Shown here: piece after piece, positions 36,700 to 49,840 of the stretch | Position numbering within the stretch: the stretch's first letter is position 1 | Layout: every line of letters begins with the position of its first letter | Source: Vicugna vicugna | Lineage: Eukaryota | Assembly: GCA_013265495.1 (NCBI GenBank) | Contig: MU058065.1 | Location: forward strand, 9,031,819 to 9,095,818 | DNA: 64,000 nucleotides | Reading direction: 5' to 3' | Program-made: the position numbers and the translations under genes | Notes under the pieces: generated by a model | Seen by the model: the letters and a program-made list of their open reading frames with translations, nothing else | The model's database searches: none | Told to the model about the DNA's origin: nothing

Positions 36700-37080
36700 T
36701 AACTGTCTGAACTTGGATTCCTCTACAATCTAACCCTGAGAAGAGGATTCAAGTGCAAGAAGTATAATTTAGAGTAGATCCCCAAAAATCACAGTTGTAG
36801 GAGTGGGTAAGTGAGACAAGGAAGAGAAAGCATCCAGTAAAGGTGTGTTATCGAGCCATTGTCTCAGTTGGGCTGGGAACCCTGGGGAGAGGGCAGAGCA
36901 TGTGACTTTGAGTTACCTACCCAAGGTCTTTGGGAACCGGAGTATTTTTACATCAGCTCTTGTTATTATTAGAGCTAAAGCAAAAAGACACAGATGCTGG
37001 CATTTATAAATCCACTTGATTGAACTAAAACGATAAGGCTCAAAGAGATATGAGCAGGGCAGCCCCTGCCTCTGTTATAC
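36700..37080. mobile_element. MaLR (MLT1-like) LTR remnant
   Basis: accctgagaagaggattcaagtgcaag...ggagtgggtaagtgagacaaggaagagaaagcatccagtaaaggtgtgttatcgagc. Confidence 0.65.
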
Positions 37081-37619
37081 CACTCTCCTCCTAACTTCAA
37101 TTTGAGAAATTTTTGACTTTTCATTTTTTTTTAAACTACCTGCAACTGTACTGCACTCAAATGTTGACATTTCTTCTTCTATGGGATCTCTGGGATATGA
37201 AGCAGTTGTCTCTGATTATAGAGTCAAATATTTTCATTCACATTTTTATTGGCAATCTGCAATCCACTGCACACTTCTGGTTACCAGCTAGGTCTCTCAC
37301 CTTTTTTTTCACCCCAAATATCGCTGTTAAATCCTTTTTATTCTTGCCCCTTACCGTGTCAAACACACTGGCCAGTTTCTACATGACAGCACGCTCTCAG
37401 CTTCATCCTCCTATGATTTCCTTCTCTTTGTTCTGAGCATACGATTTTTCTTAATGACTTCTACCTAATATTTCCTCACTAGAATCATAAGTAGAGATCC
37501 ATGGTGAAAAAAAATTATTTAATTGAAGAAGAGCTAATCTAGTTGTCTTCAAGCTGATTTAGATGTAGAATGGTCAGTCTACTAGATTTAAAAAGCAATT
37601 ATTTTTCATGATAAGTAAA

Positions 37620-38461
37620 ACAACATTAGGTACCACTATGCATCTATTAGGTTAAAATTCAAAACACTGACCACACCAAATGCTAGTGACGATACAGAGC
37701 AGCAGGGATTTACAAATAGCAAAGCCACTTGGGAAGACAGATTGGCAGTGTCTTACAAAGCCGAAAATACTATTATTATATGATCCAGCAGTCATGTTCC
37801 TAGGTATTTACCCAAATTAATTAAAAGCTTATGTCCACATAGAAATCAGCATACTGATGTTTATAGCAACCTTATTCATAATTGTCAAAACTTCAAAGCA
37901 ACCAAGTTGTCCTTGAATAGGTGAATGGATAAACAAACTGTGGTACATCTCTATGATGGAATATTATTCAGTGATAAAAAGAAATGAGCTATCAAGCTAC
38001 ATAAAGACACCAAGGAAACTTGTTGCTAAGTGAAAGTAGTCAACCTGAAAAGGCTACATACTGTAGGGCAAAACTATGGAGATGGTAAAAAGAGCAGTGG
38101 TTGCCAGAGGTTTGTGGAGAGGGACGCAGGGGCCATTAGGTGGAGTATGGGGGATTTTCAGGGCAGTGAAACTATTCTGTATGACACTGTAATGGTGGAT
38201 ACATGACATTAGGCATTTGTTAAAACTCATAGAACAGTGTAACACAAAGAATGAACCCTAACGGAAACTATGGACTTTATTCAATAATAATGTATTCTTG
38301 GTTCATCGACTGTAACAAATGTACCACACTAATGTGAGATGTTAATATTAGGGGAAACTCTGGCAGGGGGTGGGGAGAGGTTAAGGAGTATATGGGAACT
38401 CTCTGTACTTTCAACTCAATTTTTCTGTAAACCTAAGACAGCTCTAAAAAAAAAAAAAAAA
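37620..38461 (+). mobile_element. Older L1 (L1MB/MC-like) ORF2 end and 3' UTR with poly-A
   Basis: tatgatccagcagtcatgttcctaggtatttaccc, tgaatggataaacaaactgtggtacat, tgtaacaaatgtaccacactaatg, terminal A-tract. Confidence 0.85.
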
Positions 38462-38802
38462 TCAAGCTTTTTTTTTAAATTGTCTTTCTGAAGTTACAGT
38501 TCTCAGATATCTTTATGCTATTCCTTTTGCCTGGAATTAACAAATTCAAATGAATAGAGTTGCCTGCCTTTCTTGTTCAGCTTTAAATTCTCTTGTCCCC
38601 ATGAAGATTTTCTTGATAAAAGAGAACTGAGGTATAGATTATTAATAGATATAAATTATTAATGCCCTATTTCTATTTATGCTAGAAATAATACATTCAT
38701 CTTAAAACAACTAGCTAAAAATTAGCTGCAGGTATAGTTTGTCTTGGTTTATTTTTTAAATTGAAAGAAAATACTTTTTAAAGACATCAAGTATGTCTTC
38801 TG

Positions 38803-39341
38803 CCTGGAAGCAACCTAAATGTCCATCGACAGATGACTGGATAAAGAAGTTACAGTGTATATAGAGAGAATGGAATACTACTCAGCCATAAAAAAGATGA
38901 AAAAATAACACCAAGCAACAGGGATGGACCTAGAGAGTATCATATTAAGTAAAGTAAGTCAGACAGAGAAAGACAAATATCACATGATATCACTTATAGG
39001 TGGAATCAAAAAATGATGCAAATGAACTTATTCACAAAATAGAAACAGACTCACAGACATAGAAAACAAAATTATGGCTACCAAAGAGGAAGGTGGAGGC
39101 GAGGGTAAATTAGGAGTTTAGGATTAGCAGGTACAAACTACTATACATAAAACAGATAAAGAGCAAGGTCCTACTGTAGAGCACAGGAAACTATATTCAA
39201 TATCTTGTAATAGCCTATAACGAAAAGAATATGAAAAAGTATATATATTTACATATATATATAACTGAATCACTATGCTGTACACTAGAAACTAACACAA
39301 TATTGTAAATCAAATATACTTCAATTTAAAAAATATATATA
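38803..39341 (+). mobile_element. Lineage-specific L1 3' end with 11-bp TSD
   Basis: gaagcaacctaaatgtccatcgacagatga...tgtaaatcaaatatacttcaat; TATGTCTTCTG at 38792-38802 and 39342-39352. Confidence 0.93.
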
Positions 39342-40944
39342 TATGTCTTCTGTAAATTCTGAGTCTATTTCCTGCACCATGTGCTATCTCTGTGAAGCCT
39401 TAACTCATCCTAGACTGGCTCTGTGAAGCAGCTGGAGATTTCTCCATAATTAAAGTCAGGGGAACCTGAGTTTGTGGCTGTTACTAGCTGTGTGATCTTA
39501 GGCAAGTCATTTCAAAACCTTCATTACTTTAACTGCCCCTTAGTTGAGATAATAATACTTGTCAGAGTCATCATGAAGAACATGCCAGACAACTGAGAAA
39601 GAGCTTTGTCACTTGGAAAGCACTCTAAAAATATAAGATGTTTTCTATATTGCCTCTTGGGGGTGTTGGGAGAGTTTAAAGCTATTATAACCGGTAAATC
39701 AACCAAAACAAGATAAAAATCTTCCCATTAGTTACACAGAAATGACCAAAACTGATTAAAAAGCCAATGAAGACCGAACTGTGTTCTGGGAAATATATTG
39801 ACATGAATACAAAATCAACTCCAGAAAAAGGAAGACAACGTATGTGAAATTTTCACATCATTACACAGCAGGGGTTTTCCTGACATTTCTCTGGGATTAA
39901 CTCACACACTCACACAACTACACGAAAAGCTGCTTTAAGTAAAAAACCAACTCCCACAAGCTAGCAATTAGAAATAATAATACAGTGCTCTCACCTGTAT
40001 TATATAATTCATATAATCTTTGTAAGAAAGTGATCAATACTACATTTTCTATGCAAAGTAAAAGGCCTGGTGAGGAACAGGACAAACTCTCGTTAATGAT
40101 GCTCCTTGAGGAAATAGGGTGGGGGGAGGATATTTTCATTTTTACCTCAATTCTTTGGTATTAAAAATTTTTTTAAAGTAACTAAGCATGTGTTAATTTT
40201 ATGATTAAAACAAAACAAGAAGTGATAAATCACACAGATCCTTCTCTTCGTTTGACGCAGATGTTTTTGTAAAGATGAATGCTGGCTTTGTGTATTTGTC
40301 ATTCAGTTGAAGAGAGGGAAAAAAAGGAGTTGGAGCCTAGTTAGATCATTATGATGACTAAAATTCCACACTCCTGGGGAACTCACAGTCTTGTAATTAA
40401 GAGATAAGCGAATTGCTTAATTCAAAATGACAGGAAGAGAACAAGGTAGATGCTAACAAACCCTACTTATCATTTCTATGTTTGAACATAATAATAGAAC
40501 CTGCCATTTACTGAGTACCTATTATATGTAGAGTGCAGATAAGCTTTGTTTTTAGTGCAGACAATAGTCTGCAAAGTACATATTGGGAAGCCCAGGGGTT
40601 ATGTCATTTGTGAAGAGTCAGGGAACTCAGAAGTTGCAAAGGAGCACTTCAAAAACCAGGTGTATCTCTTTACAAACTAAGACCTTTCCAAATCATTACT
40701 GCCTTTAAAAAATGCATTCCATCTTTAACCGGACACCTTCAGCCACAGCTGCCTTTAATTTCATTTTCCCTAGAAATTATATTTCCTATGATAAATCTGT
40801 TCAAGGATTAACCATTCTTTATGGAACCTCAAAACAGTTGCAGTGGTTAAACAAACAAATCGACAGAAAATGACCATGCATCTGATTATAAAATTATTAA
40901 ATCACCTTTCCTGAGATTTATGTTTGCTGTTGGTAGAGGCAATC

Positions 40945-41172
40945 TGTCATGGACCTTGAGTGTCCCTGGGTAATCTTGCTGGGTATGCCAAGAACGCAAG
41001 GACCACTCTTCACTTGTCCAATTTTTGGGGTTGTATTCACAGCAACAATCTTAAATGATGTGGTAACATCTCCCCCAAGCTAAAAAGCAGGTTTGCTTCC
41101 CCTGGCTATAAAAGTGAATTCCTCAAGTTCAATGTTCCTGTCCTGTAGCTCAACTCGCTCAGTGTGCTGACA
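40945..41172 (+). mobile_element. ERV-type solo LTR-like remnant
   Basis: TG...CA ends, cttgctgggtatgccaagaa word, TATAAAAG at 41107-41114; family not assigned. Confidence 0.5.
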
Positions 41173-41288
41173 GCCAAAATGCAATTGACATTAGACTCCT
41201 AAGAGCTGCTTTTGAAGGATCTGGATTGAAAGCAAGAGGTAATAAATTTCCTATGTGAGAAATGTTGCACAAAAGTTAAGGAAATTAT

Positions 41289-41385
41289 TATATATATATA
41301 TGTATAACTGAATCACTTTGTTGTACATTTGAAACTAACATTGTAAATCAACTACACCTCAATAAAATTAAAAAAAATAAAATAG
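41289..41385 (+). mobile_element. Short L1 3' end
   Basis: tataactgaatcactttgttgtaca...cattgtaaatcaactacacctcaataaaa plus A-rich tail. Confidence 0.85.
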
Positions 41386-41449
41386 AGGATAAAGACAAAA
41401 AAAGAAAATTACAAAAGCTAATTAATTTTTCAGTGCTTAAAATACATCA

Positions 41450-41620
41450 GGGACTTTTCTAAGTGTTCTATGTTTTATTTCATTTAATCTTCACAACAAC
41501 TGTTTGTGATCAATACTATCATCCTGATTTTACAGGTAGGTTTGCTGAGATAGAGAGGTGTTAAGCAACTTGAAGCCAGGACTCAATTTGACTCCAGAGT
41601 GTATGCTTTCAATCAACTAA
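41450..41620 (-). mobile_element. MIR SINE
   Basis: tcatttaatcttcacaacaac...attttacaggt...ttaagcaacttg...tttgactccagag. Confidence 0.7.
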
Positions 41621-41759
41621 CCACCAGGTCATCGTCTCCAAGTTGGAGAGAGGAGGACTTGCCTTACAAGATACTGAAATATACTATGAAATGTTGTCTA
41701 TTCATAAAGTATATGTACACTATATATCATACAATATAATCAATAGTACTGACATGTAA

Positions 41760-43150
41760 CTAGATTAGCAGAGCGTAACAGAGAGGTGGAGAATTACTAC
41801 ATAAGAAAATTAATATACAAAAAGATGGCATTTCAGGTTAGTGGGGAAAAAATGATTATTTAAAAAATCTTGCTGGTATAATTGTATATCAATCCAGAAG
41901 TAAAAGTTAATTCTCTATATAAAGAATTCTATGTAAAGGTAATTTTTAAAATTTTAGGATAAAATTCAGGAAAATGTGTATAATTTAAGGCTTGGGAGAC
42001 TTTTAACTGTGGCCCAACCCCAGAAACTACATAAAAACTTGGATTTTCACCACATTTAAATATTTTTGCATGGAGAAAGGTGTCATAAAGTGAAAAGACA
42101 TGATAGACTGAGGAAAACATTAGTAACTCATATGAAAGTCATTTACCATGAAAAATATCTTTCATTTAATATTTTTAATATATAAAGAATCCTTTGAAAC
42201 TGATGAGAAAATCCAATAGAAGAAAGTGAATGGGAAATTGACAAAAGAACACATCTAAATAACCAATAAATATGAGAAAGGACGCTCAGCCTCACAGATA
42301 GTCAGAGAAAAGCAAACTTAAAGTAAACAGAGAGATAGTACTTCCTAACGATTGGGTAGGCAAAAATGAAAAGGAATGAAAATTCCTACTGTTAATGGAG
42401 GAAGGGGGAAGACGGTTCTCACACACTTTTGTGGTGGAAATGTGCATTTTACAACCTATTTGGAAAGCAATTCGACGATACCTATTTAAAATTTTAAATA
42501 TTTATGTCTTTGACTGGTAAGTCCATTTCTAGGACTCTGTCTCATAAAAATAAGAGCACCTGCACAGGGTTGTTTATTACAACACTACTTATGGTACAGA
42601 AAAACTGGACGAGCTTGCTTCTTTATTGGGAATGACTCAATAAACTGTGGCACATCCACTCTGTGGACCATCTGCTACCGATAAAATCTAGAGATTTCTG
42701 TGATATAAAACTTGGAAAGCAGAGAAATGAATAATGAAACTTCATTTTTGTTAATGACAAAATTCTGACTTCCCATTTACAAAATTCCATAAACACATAC
42801 ACAATATACATGGGGATAAATTGTACACTTTCCCATTTTATTTAAGAAATCAGATATAGGTATGGATGATTGCCCACTGGTTGTTAACACTGATATCTTT
42901 GAGGGTGATGACATGGAAGGAGGTAAGGGGAAAAAAAAAGGAAAAAAAGAGTTTGTATTTTATAAAAGCAGCATGTATTATATCTAATTTATGGTAACTT
43001 AATTCCCATAAGTGTGCAGTAAAAACATGAGAAGATAGTGGCCAAAATAATAATGGTGGTTATCTTATTTTGGTGGAATTTCTGGGGGGTTTTTAGTTTC
43101 TTCTTATGCTTTTCATTATTGTTTGAATTTTTACAAAGATTTGTGTTATT
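41760..43150 (+). mobile_element. Old L1ME-like fragments
   Basis: aaagatggcatttcaggttagtgggg, aaccaataaatatgagaaaggacgctcagcctca, taaactgtggcacatcca, ccaaaat..ggtggttatct. Confidence 0.65.
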
Positions 43151-43661
43151 TAAGAAAGCTATTTTTGTCCTATCAAAAATTCCATTAGTAAAAACTTTTA
43201 ATTTACATATTGCACAAAAATTGGAAAATTAGAACTCCTAAATCAAGAAGTGGAAAAGTCATTCCAACCTGAAGAAATAAAACCGTTCTCTGAAGATTGT
43301 TGACATTTACGAAGCAACCCACAAAGTGTCCCTGTATATTTTCCACTGATCAAAAGTCTGAAACATATTTGAATTGTAGTGGAAGTATTAATACCATCCA
43401 GCTCCTGAGAGAAATGGAAACTGAGGGAGTGCTAATAGCTCATTAATAATGGAAAGTGAGGGCCCAAATGATCTATTACTCAACTATGACCATGAGGCGA
43501 GGTCCCAGAGCCAGTTCTAAAACTAGGAATGCTACCAGTGGTTTACAGATACCCAGAGAGACATTTCAAAGTGGTCTTCAGGCCTAAAGTGCAAATCACA
43601 CCAACATGTTTATGTTTAGAGTGACGTTTTCTCTCAGGGCCATGCTAGAAAAGATGCTAAC

Positions 43662-43703
43662 CAGGTGAAGTTTGTCCCGCAGGTCAAGTTTGTCCCGCAG
43701 GTG
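43662..43703. repeat. 18-bp tandem duplication CAGGT(G/C)AAGTTTGTCCCG x2 + CAGGTG
   Basis: Read directly from the sequence. Confidence 0.9.
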
Positions 43704-46700
43704 CCAGAGCCTTTTAAGCTGACCAGCTCTGGCTTCTATGACTGTATCTACTTCCAGCTCCCATCAAAATGTGTTCATCTCACTCTCTCATTCCATGCTC
43801 ATGTAGAGCTAGTAATCAGATGTGGTCACCTCTTCCTCCTGTCTCTCACGATAGATGAAAAATCTTATTAAGCTGTACGGCTTTATGTATTTTTCTACCT
43901 GGGGGCCTGGATCACTTGATGTGATCACTTGATAGGCCTTTGTGGAGACGTAATTCATCCAGAAGGTGGCATTGGAAAGGCCTCAGGATTTGAGGTCAGA
44001 AGTCAGGTTTTACCCTAGCCCTGCCATTAACTGTGACATTAAAAATAATAATAATAAAAAAAAGTTTTTTAAGCTACTTTACCTCTCTGAGTCTTGATTT
44101 CCTCCCCTATAAATTCTGTACCTGCCTTTCTCTCCTAAGTTGTGAGAATTAAGTGGGATGTTTGTAAGATCACAGGCAATCATTAAACAAAGGTCAATTA
44201 TATTTTTCTGACTGCAGAAGCAAAAATATCCTTTGAAGAAAAAATTTAAAATGCAAAAATCACTAATAAAGGACACTCTTAATCACAAGATCTGGAGACA
44301 ACTGATGTCAACATTTGATGTGCCCATTTGGTTTACTTTCTCCATCTGTACGTGTACATATATTTACAGATGTTTTACAAAATAAAATTTAGAGCACACT
44401 CTTTATATTATTATGTATCTGCTTCTCCATTTAATTGATAATTAAATTACAATGTCATTGAAACATCTCTAATATCATTTCTAATAGCTGTTGAATGGTT
44501 ATTTTAGCCCTAGTCTGATTTAGGCATTTAGATTTACAATTTTTCACCATTAAAATGCTGTGATATATTCTTGGTTAAACCAACCTCATTAAGTTACAAT
44601 ACTTAGATCTTGTTCGTTTATGGTTTTGCCTACTTGATATGTCAGAAACTAAGAAGAGTGTGTTAAAGTGCCCCACTTCTACTTAATTTCTCTCATTTCT
44701 TCTCATGTTTATAATTTTCACTTTATATATTGATTCAGTGCTATTTGGTACAAATTGATCTATGAATGTTGTATGTTCATTTGAAATTGTCTCTTCTAGT
44801 AACACAAGGTTTGTCCTCATTATTGCTTTTGTACTGGGATTTGACATTGTCTAACAACCTCATAACTACCCTGAGGATTAAATGAGACGTTACATGTCCT
44901 TAGCACTAAATAAATGTTAGCTATTACATTTCATTTCTGTTTTATTGTTGTTATTATAACATAATTATATAGTGACCATACTTCCTTTTGGTCTGCATTT
45001 GCCTGATATATTTTTGCCCAATCTTTAACTTTTAATTCTTCTTATACCTCATTTAGGGATTGCTTGTAAACAGCAAGTCCTTGAACTTCCTATTTTGATT
45101 CTAAGTGAGAATCTTCTTATTTTTAAGAAAAGGTCTCAATTCGCTTCCATTCATTGCCATATTTAATATGTTGGTTTTACTTCACCTGGTTTTCTCTTTC
45201 CTTTGCCCATCTTTTGCTGTGTAATACATATGTCTTTTCTGTCACCTTCTCCACTATTTTGGAAGATATACAGGTTTACATGCTTATAAACAATTATCAT
45301 TGAATTTATCAAAAGTATTTTTGCACCCACTTGTTCACAACCTTGTTTTCAATGCAACCACTTGGTGGATAACCTCACATTCACTGCATACTCCTCTATG
45401 GACTGCTGCAGTGAAACCACGGGCTGTGGATTATATACAGTCCCCAGCTGCTCCACCTCTAATTCTGCCATTTTCACTTGCATCAGTCACAAGATGCCAT
45501 GGCTGCACGACACTGCCGCTCAAACCTCATTTTAAGTGTCTGGGGTACAAGCTAAGCCTTTGAAATTCCCGTGTCAAAATAAGGAATGTAGCAGACTTTC
45601 CATATCTAAGTGTTTTCTTTGTCATCCCAGGGACGTTTTCTTCTAGAATGTGTTTTCAATTGTTACTCTTGTTTCGTCTGTTCTGGTCTCCACTAACTGT
45701 ATGTGTGTTGGCCCTTCTGTCTCTGATTTCCGTTTTCCATTTTCCTTCACTTTACTACATTGGGTGCTGCAAGGGTACCTCCCACATCATCTAGTTATTC
45801 TCCATAGTATCAATTCTAGCCTTTCCTGTGTCCAGCACAGATTTAATTCTACTCCTGATTCTCTTTCTTCCCTCCTTAGAATCCCTTCCTATCTTACGTA
45901 TATCTTCCTCTTTTCATATGATTCTTTTGATGTGTTCATTTAAACCTAGTTGCCTCTCTTAGATTTCTATTCCTGATTTATACAGATGGCTTCCTGAAAA
46001 ATTCTTCATAGGGCAGAGCAGATCATTCTCAGAAGTACGCTGGTTTTCTGATACATCAATTTGAGCTTACCAGCCTCTTGTTATGAGCATTTTTTCATAA
46101 GTCCCAGGCCATGTTTCATTAGATGAATGTGGGGCTGACTGTACTGATTCCATTTAATTTATTTGTATAATACTGGTATAGATTTCACTTACTCACTCAT
46201 GTCCTGGTATTTAACTGTCTATTCATTTTAGGTTTTAATGTATGTGTGTGTCTTTTTTTTCCTCTTATGTATTTTATCTGAAAGTTTGAAGAGTTTTCAC
46301 ATTCAACTGTAAATGAAGTTTTTGTTGCCAGAGTCAAAGGCATGATTTCCAGGCAGAGATCCTACTAGCAAAAGTAGAAAGCCCTGTTTCTCTTGCTCAT
46401 AGGGTTGGCCCTTTTTCAAGCTTAAACTGATTTTTTACCATATTAGTCTCATTGAGATGCTAATACATCTTTAATGTCTATTAATCTCTATTTTAACATG
46501 AAGGAAGTTTCTCAGACATCATAGAATCTGTAGTTTTCCCCTAGTTTGCCTACATTTTTCATCACCCCAGCCTTTCAAATATATGTAGTTTCATTTGCAC
46601 ATTTCTGATGAGCAAACAACGTTTGGGACTATAAGTAATGGGTTGATAAGTTTTCAAGGTATCAGAGCCTTGGCGATAACTTTTTGATGTAACATACACT

Positions 46701-47744
46701 AAAGAAACAACCATATAATCTCCATTTTGTGGAATAATGCATGCATCCATCTATAATACATCTTCAAAGATAAGAAGAAATATACTAAAGTATCAACAGT
46801 AGTTGAAATCTGGATGGTAGCATAATGGGTAATTATCTTCTTTTTGTCTCTATTTTCCAAACTTCCTATAATTAATATGCATTATTTATATAATCAAAGA
46901 AAACCCCACTTTCTTCTAACTGAACAAAGTTTTGTTGTTAAAGGAGTTAAACCAATGGATTGTTTTTCCCCTGTGCGGTTTATTAACATTTGTTTTCTGA
47001 GAAAGAATGAGAGTGGATGGGCGATACAAAGTTTTAGAATTAGTGCTCATTTCTTATTCAGTTACCATAAAATAATAAAAAAAGACATTCACAACAAGCA
47101 TATGTGAAGAAGATTTTGCCATATATACTAATGCTGTTTTCCAGACTTGAGGATTTCATGGACCAGAAAATAGTAGAAGTTTTGGGGATTGATATAAAGT
47201 TGTCAATTTTTTATTCTGCTTAAATGAGTATATATTCAAGAAAGCTCTACAAACACCACCATGCACATCACCATCATTTCATAAAAGACAGAGCATTCCT
47301 ACCACAAATGATTGGAAAGGCTATGTCTTGTTATTGAATTAACACAAAAAAACACTTTGAAAGGAATAAATTTGACTTTGTAACTTTTCTTTACATGGTG
47401 GTAAACTGGTGATGACTTTATTAAGCATGGGCCCTGGCTGGTGCTCAAGGACCCCTGGACTAAGACTTGGTTCTTCTGGTAACTGGACCGAGAAGTCTCC
47501 AAGGCCCATCTTTCCTGGCTCCATAGAGACAGAGTAACTCTCGGTATAGAAGCAGGTGTTTGAGAAGGAAAGGAAAACATCAGACTTGGGATTATTTTCA
47601 TGGAGAAAACTGCTCTACTCAATGTTTTTTCAGTTCATCACAGGCTCTATTGATGAAATAAAAATATATTTAAATTTAAATCTCTATGTAATAAATAATA
47701 GGTTGTGGGAAAAATAGTTTTCAAAATCTAACATTGTGAAGGAT

Positions 47745-47920
47745 AGCCAGCTGGAACCTAAACCGCCTCACCACCTCTCCTGTCATCCTTGTTTAGCCTG
47801 GCCAAACATGGCAGCCAGAGTGATCTTGTAAAAACCTAAGTGGGATCATGCCACTTCTCTACCAAAACCTCCCACTGGTTTCTCATTTCAAAATAAAAGC
47901 CACAGTCCTTACACTGTCCT
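47745..47920 (+). mobile_element. L2 LINE fragment
   Basis: ggcagccagagtgatcttgtaaaaacctaagtgggatcatgccacttctctaccaaaacctcccactgg. Confidence 0.7.
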
Positions 47921-49589
47921 AGCCAAGCCAAAGTCAGGAGTTGGTGGCACATACATTATTTATCATATTCATGCTGACGTCTTATTTTAAGAAGAGGACG
48001 GCCCCTGTAGTTCCCTGTGCCTCTCTTCCAGTTGATTATGAATACGCTGATTGTTTGAAATGATAGTCGTCTTTCAGATTATAAATCTAATCCATGTCCA
48101 CTGTAGGAAATACGTAAAACACAGGAAAATATACATAAAAAATTAAAATCACCCCCAATTTTACCCACTAAAGGTAAGCATCAGTAACATTTTTGTGTAA
48201 TTTAATTCCAGGTGTTTAAAATGACTTTTTCCCTAATATATGTAGTATGATATAAACTGAGTTGCAAGTGTGTATTCTGTGGTTTTCACTTAGTAAATAA
48301 CACATCAGAAGTATTGCTCCACATCATTAGTCTCCAAACACATGGTGCTAAATAAATGTGTGCTGCTGAGTTATCTGGCGAGGCCACAGTTGTGGAACTA
48401 GTTTCCTATTATGATCCCTTAGGTTGTTCCTGATTTCTAAATACAGTATTTAACTATTCTTGCTAATAGATATGAACAGAAAATGATTAACCCTGAACTT
48501 CTCAGCGTAGAGGCCTATGACAGCCGAAGGCTGTGGGTGTATCACTGGGCTCTGCTGTGAGGACCACAGGGGAGAGAGCAGGAGCAAGACCCTCGGTCAG
48601 CTTTTCTGTTGCTGAGGAATTTTGGTCACGTCACTGTGGCCTCAAGTGAATCATCAGCAACATTAAGAGTTGGATTAAATGGTGTTAGAATTCCAGCTCT
48701 CCTAAATTTTGTTTTGTTGTCAACCAGTCTCAAGCCCCAGATAATTAGCCACCCCTTAGAACACAAATACTACAAAAGAGCTTGTAACCCTTGGGGTCTC
48801 ATTTGTGTTTCTGTGGCTTTGCTGACAGACCAGTCACTTGGTACTGGGAATCCTTCCAACTTGGGGGAGCTGGAGACAAATCAAAACACATGCCTAATTC
48901 TGTTTAAGTTTCACGGTTTAAGGCGGGTAACAGGTAGGACAAATACAATCTCAGTGATAGCTCTAGTTTATCATGGTTTAGTGGCAGCTGAGGAAAAAAG
49001 AGTGAAAATATGTCCAAGGAGCTTTCTGGAAAAAAATATTGTGTATGAGTCAACAAATCACTTTAGGAAAAGCAAACGCACATACTTCAGGGGCAGGCAA
49101 GACTGCATCCCTGGGACAGCGCGCCTACGCCCCGCATTAGCATTCAGCCAGATCCCTTTGGAATGTTACAGTATGTGGAGAAACCTCATTTTTATGAGAA
49201 CATTCCTGGAATCCTCTAGGTGAGGAAGATATTGTAAAGCAAACTGCACAAGGATGCTGCTGTCTGAAGAGGTGGCAAATTAAGTGTTTGGTGATACACC
49301 TAGCGTGTCAGCCAAGTGGTACTGAACTTGATCCTGATAGGCGTACCTGTTGAATTCAAGTACTTCTACATATTTAACACCCTCAGCAGAAACTTGTGAT
49401 TGCATGGAATACATGTGGGTGCTTTTCATGCTGTGTCCAGGGAGGACAGTAAGATGAAATGATGACCTCAATATGTGCTGCAAGCATGTTTATCAGCTGA
49501 AATCCCCCAACCCATCATTATTTCGTCTTTGTAATTGTCCTGCCTGTTACCCGGCATTTACTCTCAGTTCTAGATAAAGTAATATTTAT

Positions 49590-49840
49590 AAAATAACATC
49601 TATTGAGGGCTTTTGGAGTGCCAGGCACCATGCTAAGCTCTTCACATGATGATGTCATCCAGTCCTCATAAGAGCCCTATGATAATGGGCATAGCACCAC
49701 TGCTCTCCCCGCTTGACTGGGAAGACAAGAATAATGAGGTGCAGAGGGATTAAGTAACTCATCAAAAGTCACAGAGCTAATAAATCAGAACGAAGATTCG
49801 GCCCACGTCGTCTGGTTCATGAATGCATGTGCACTGAAAC
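49590..49840 (-). mobile_element. MIR SINE
   Basis: gtgccaggcaccatgctaagc...tcctcataagagccctatg...gaggtgcagagggattaagtaact...gtcacagagctaa. Confidence 0.75.

Noticed and set aside
43662..43703. CRISPR-like or other prokaryotic repeat array
   Set aside because: Only two adjacent units with no spacers, in a mammalian intron. No prokaryotic or viral gene content was seen anywhere in the window.
48609..49223. Longest ORF in the track (204 aa, + strand)
   Set aside because: Non-ATG start, no recognisable domain, antisense within an intron; compatible with chance.
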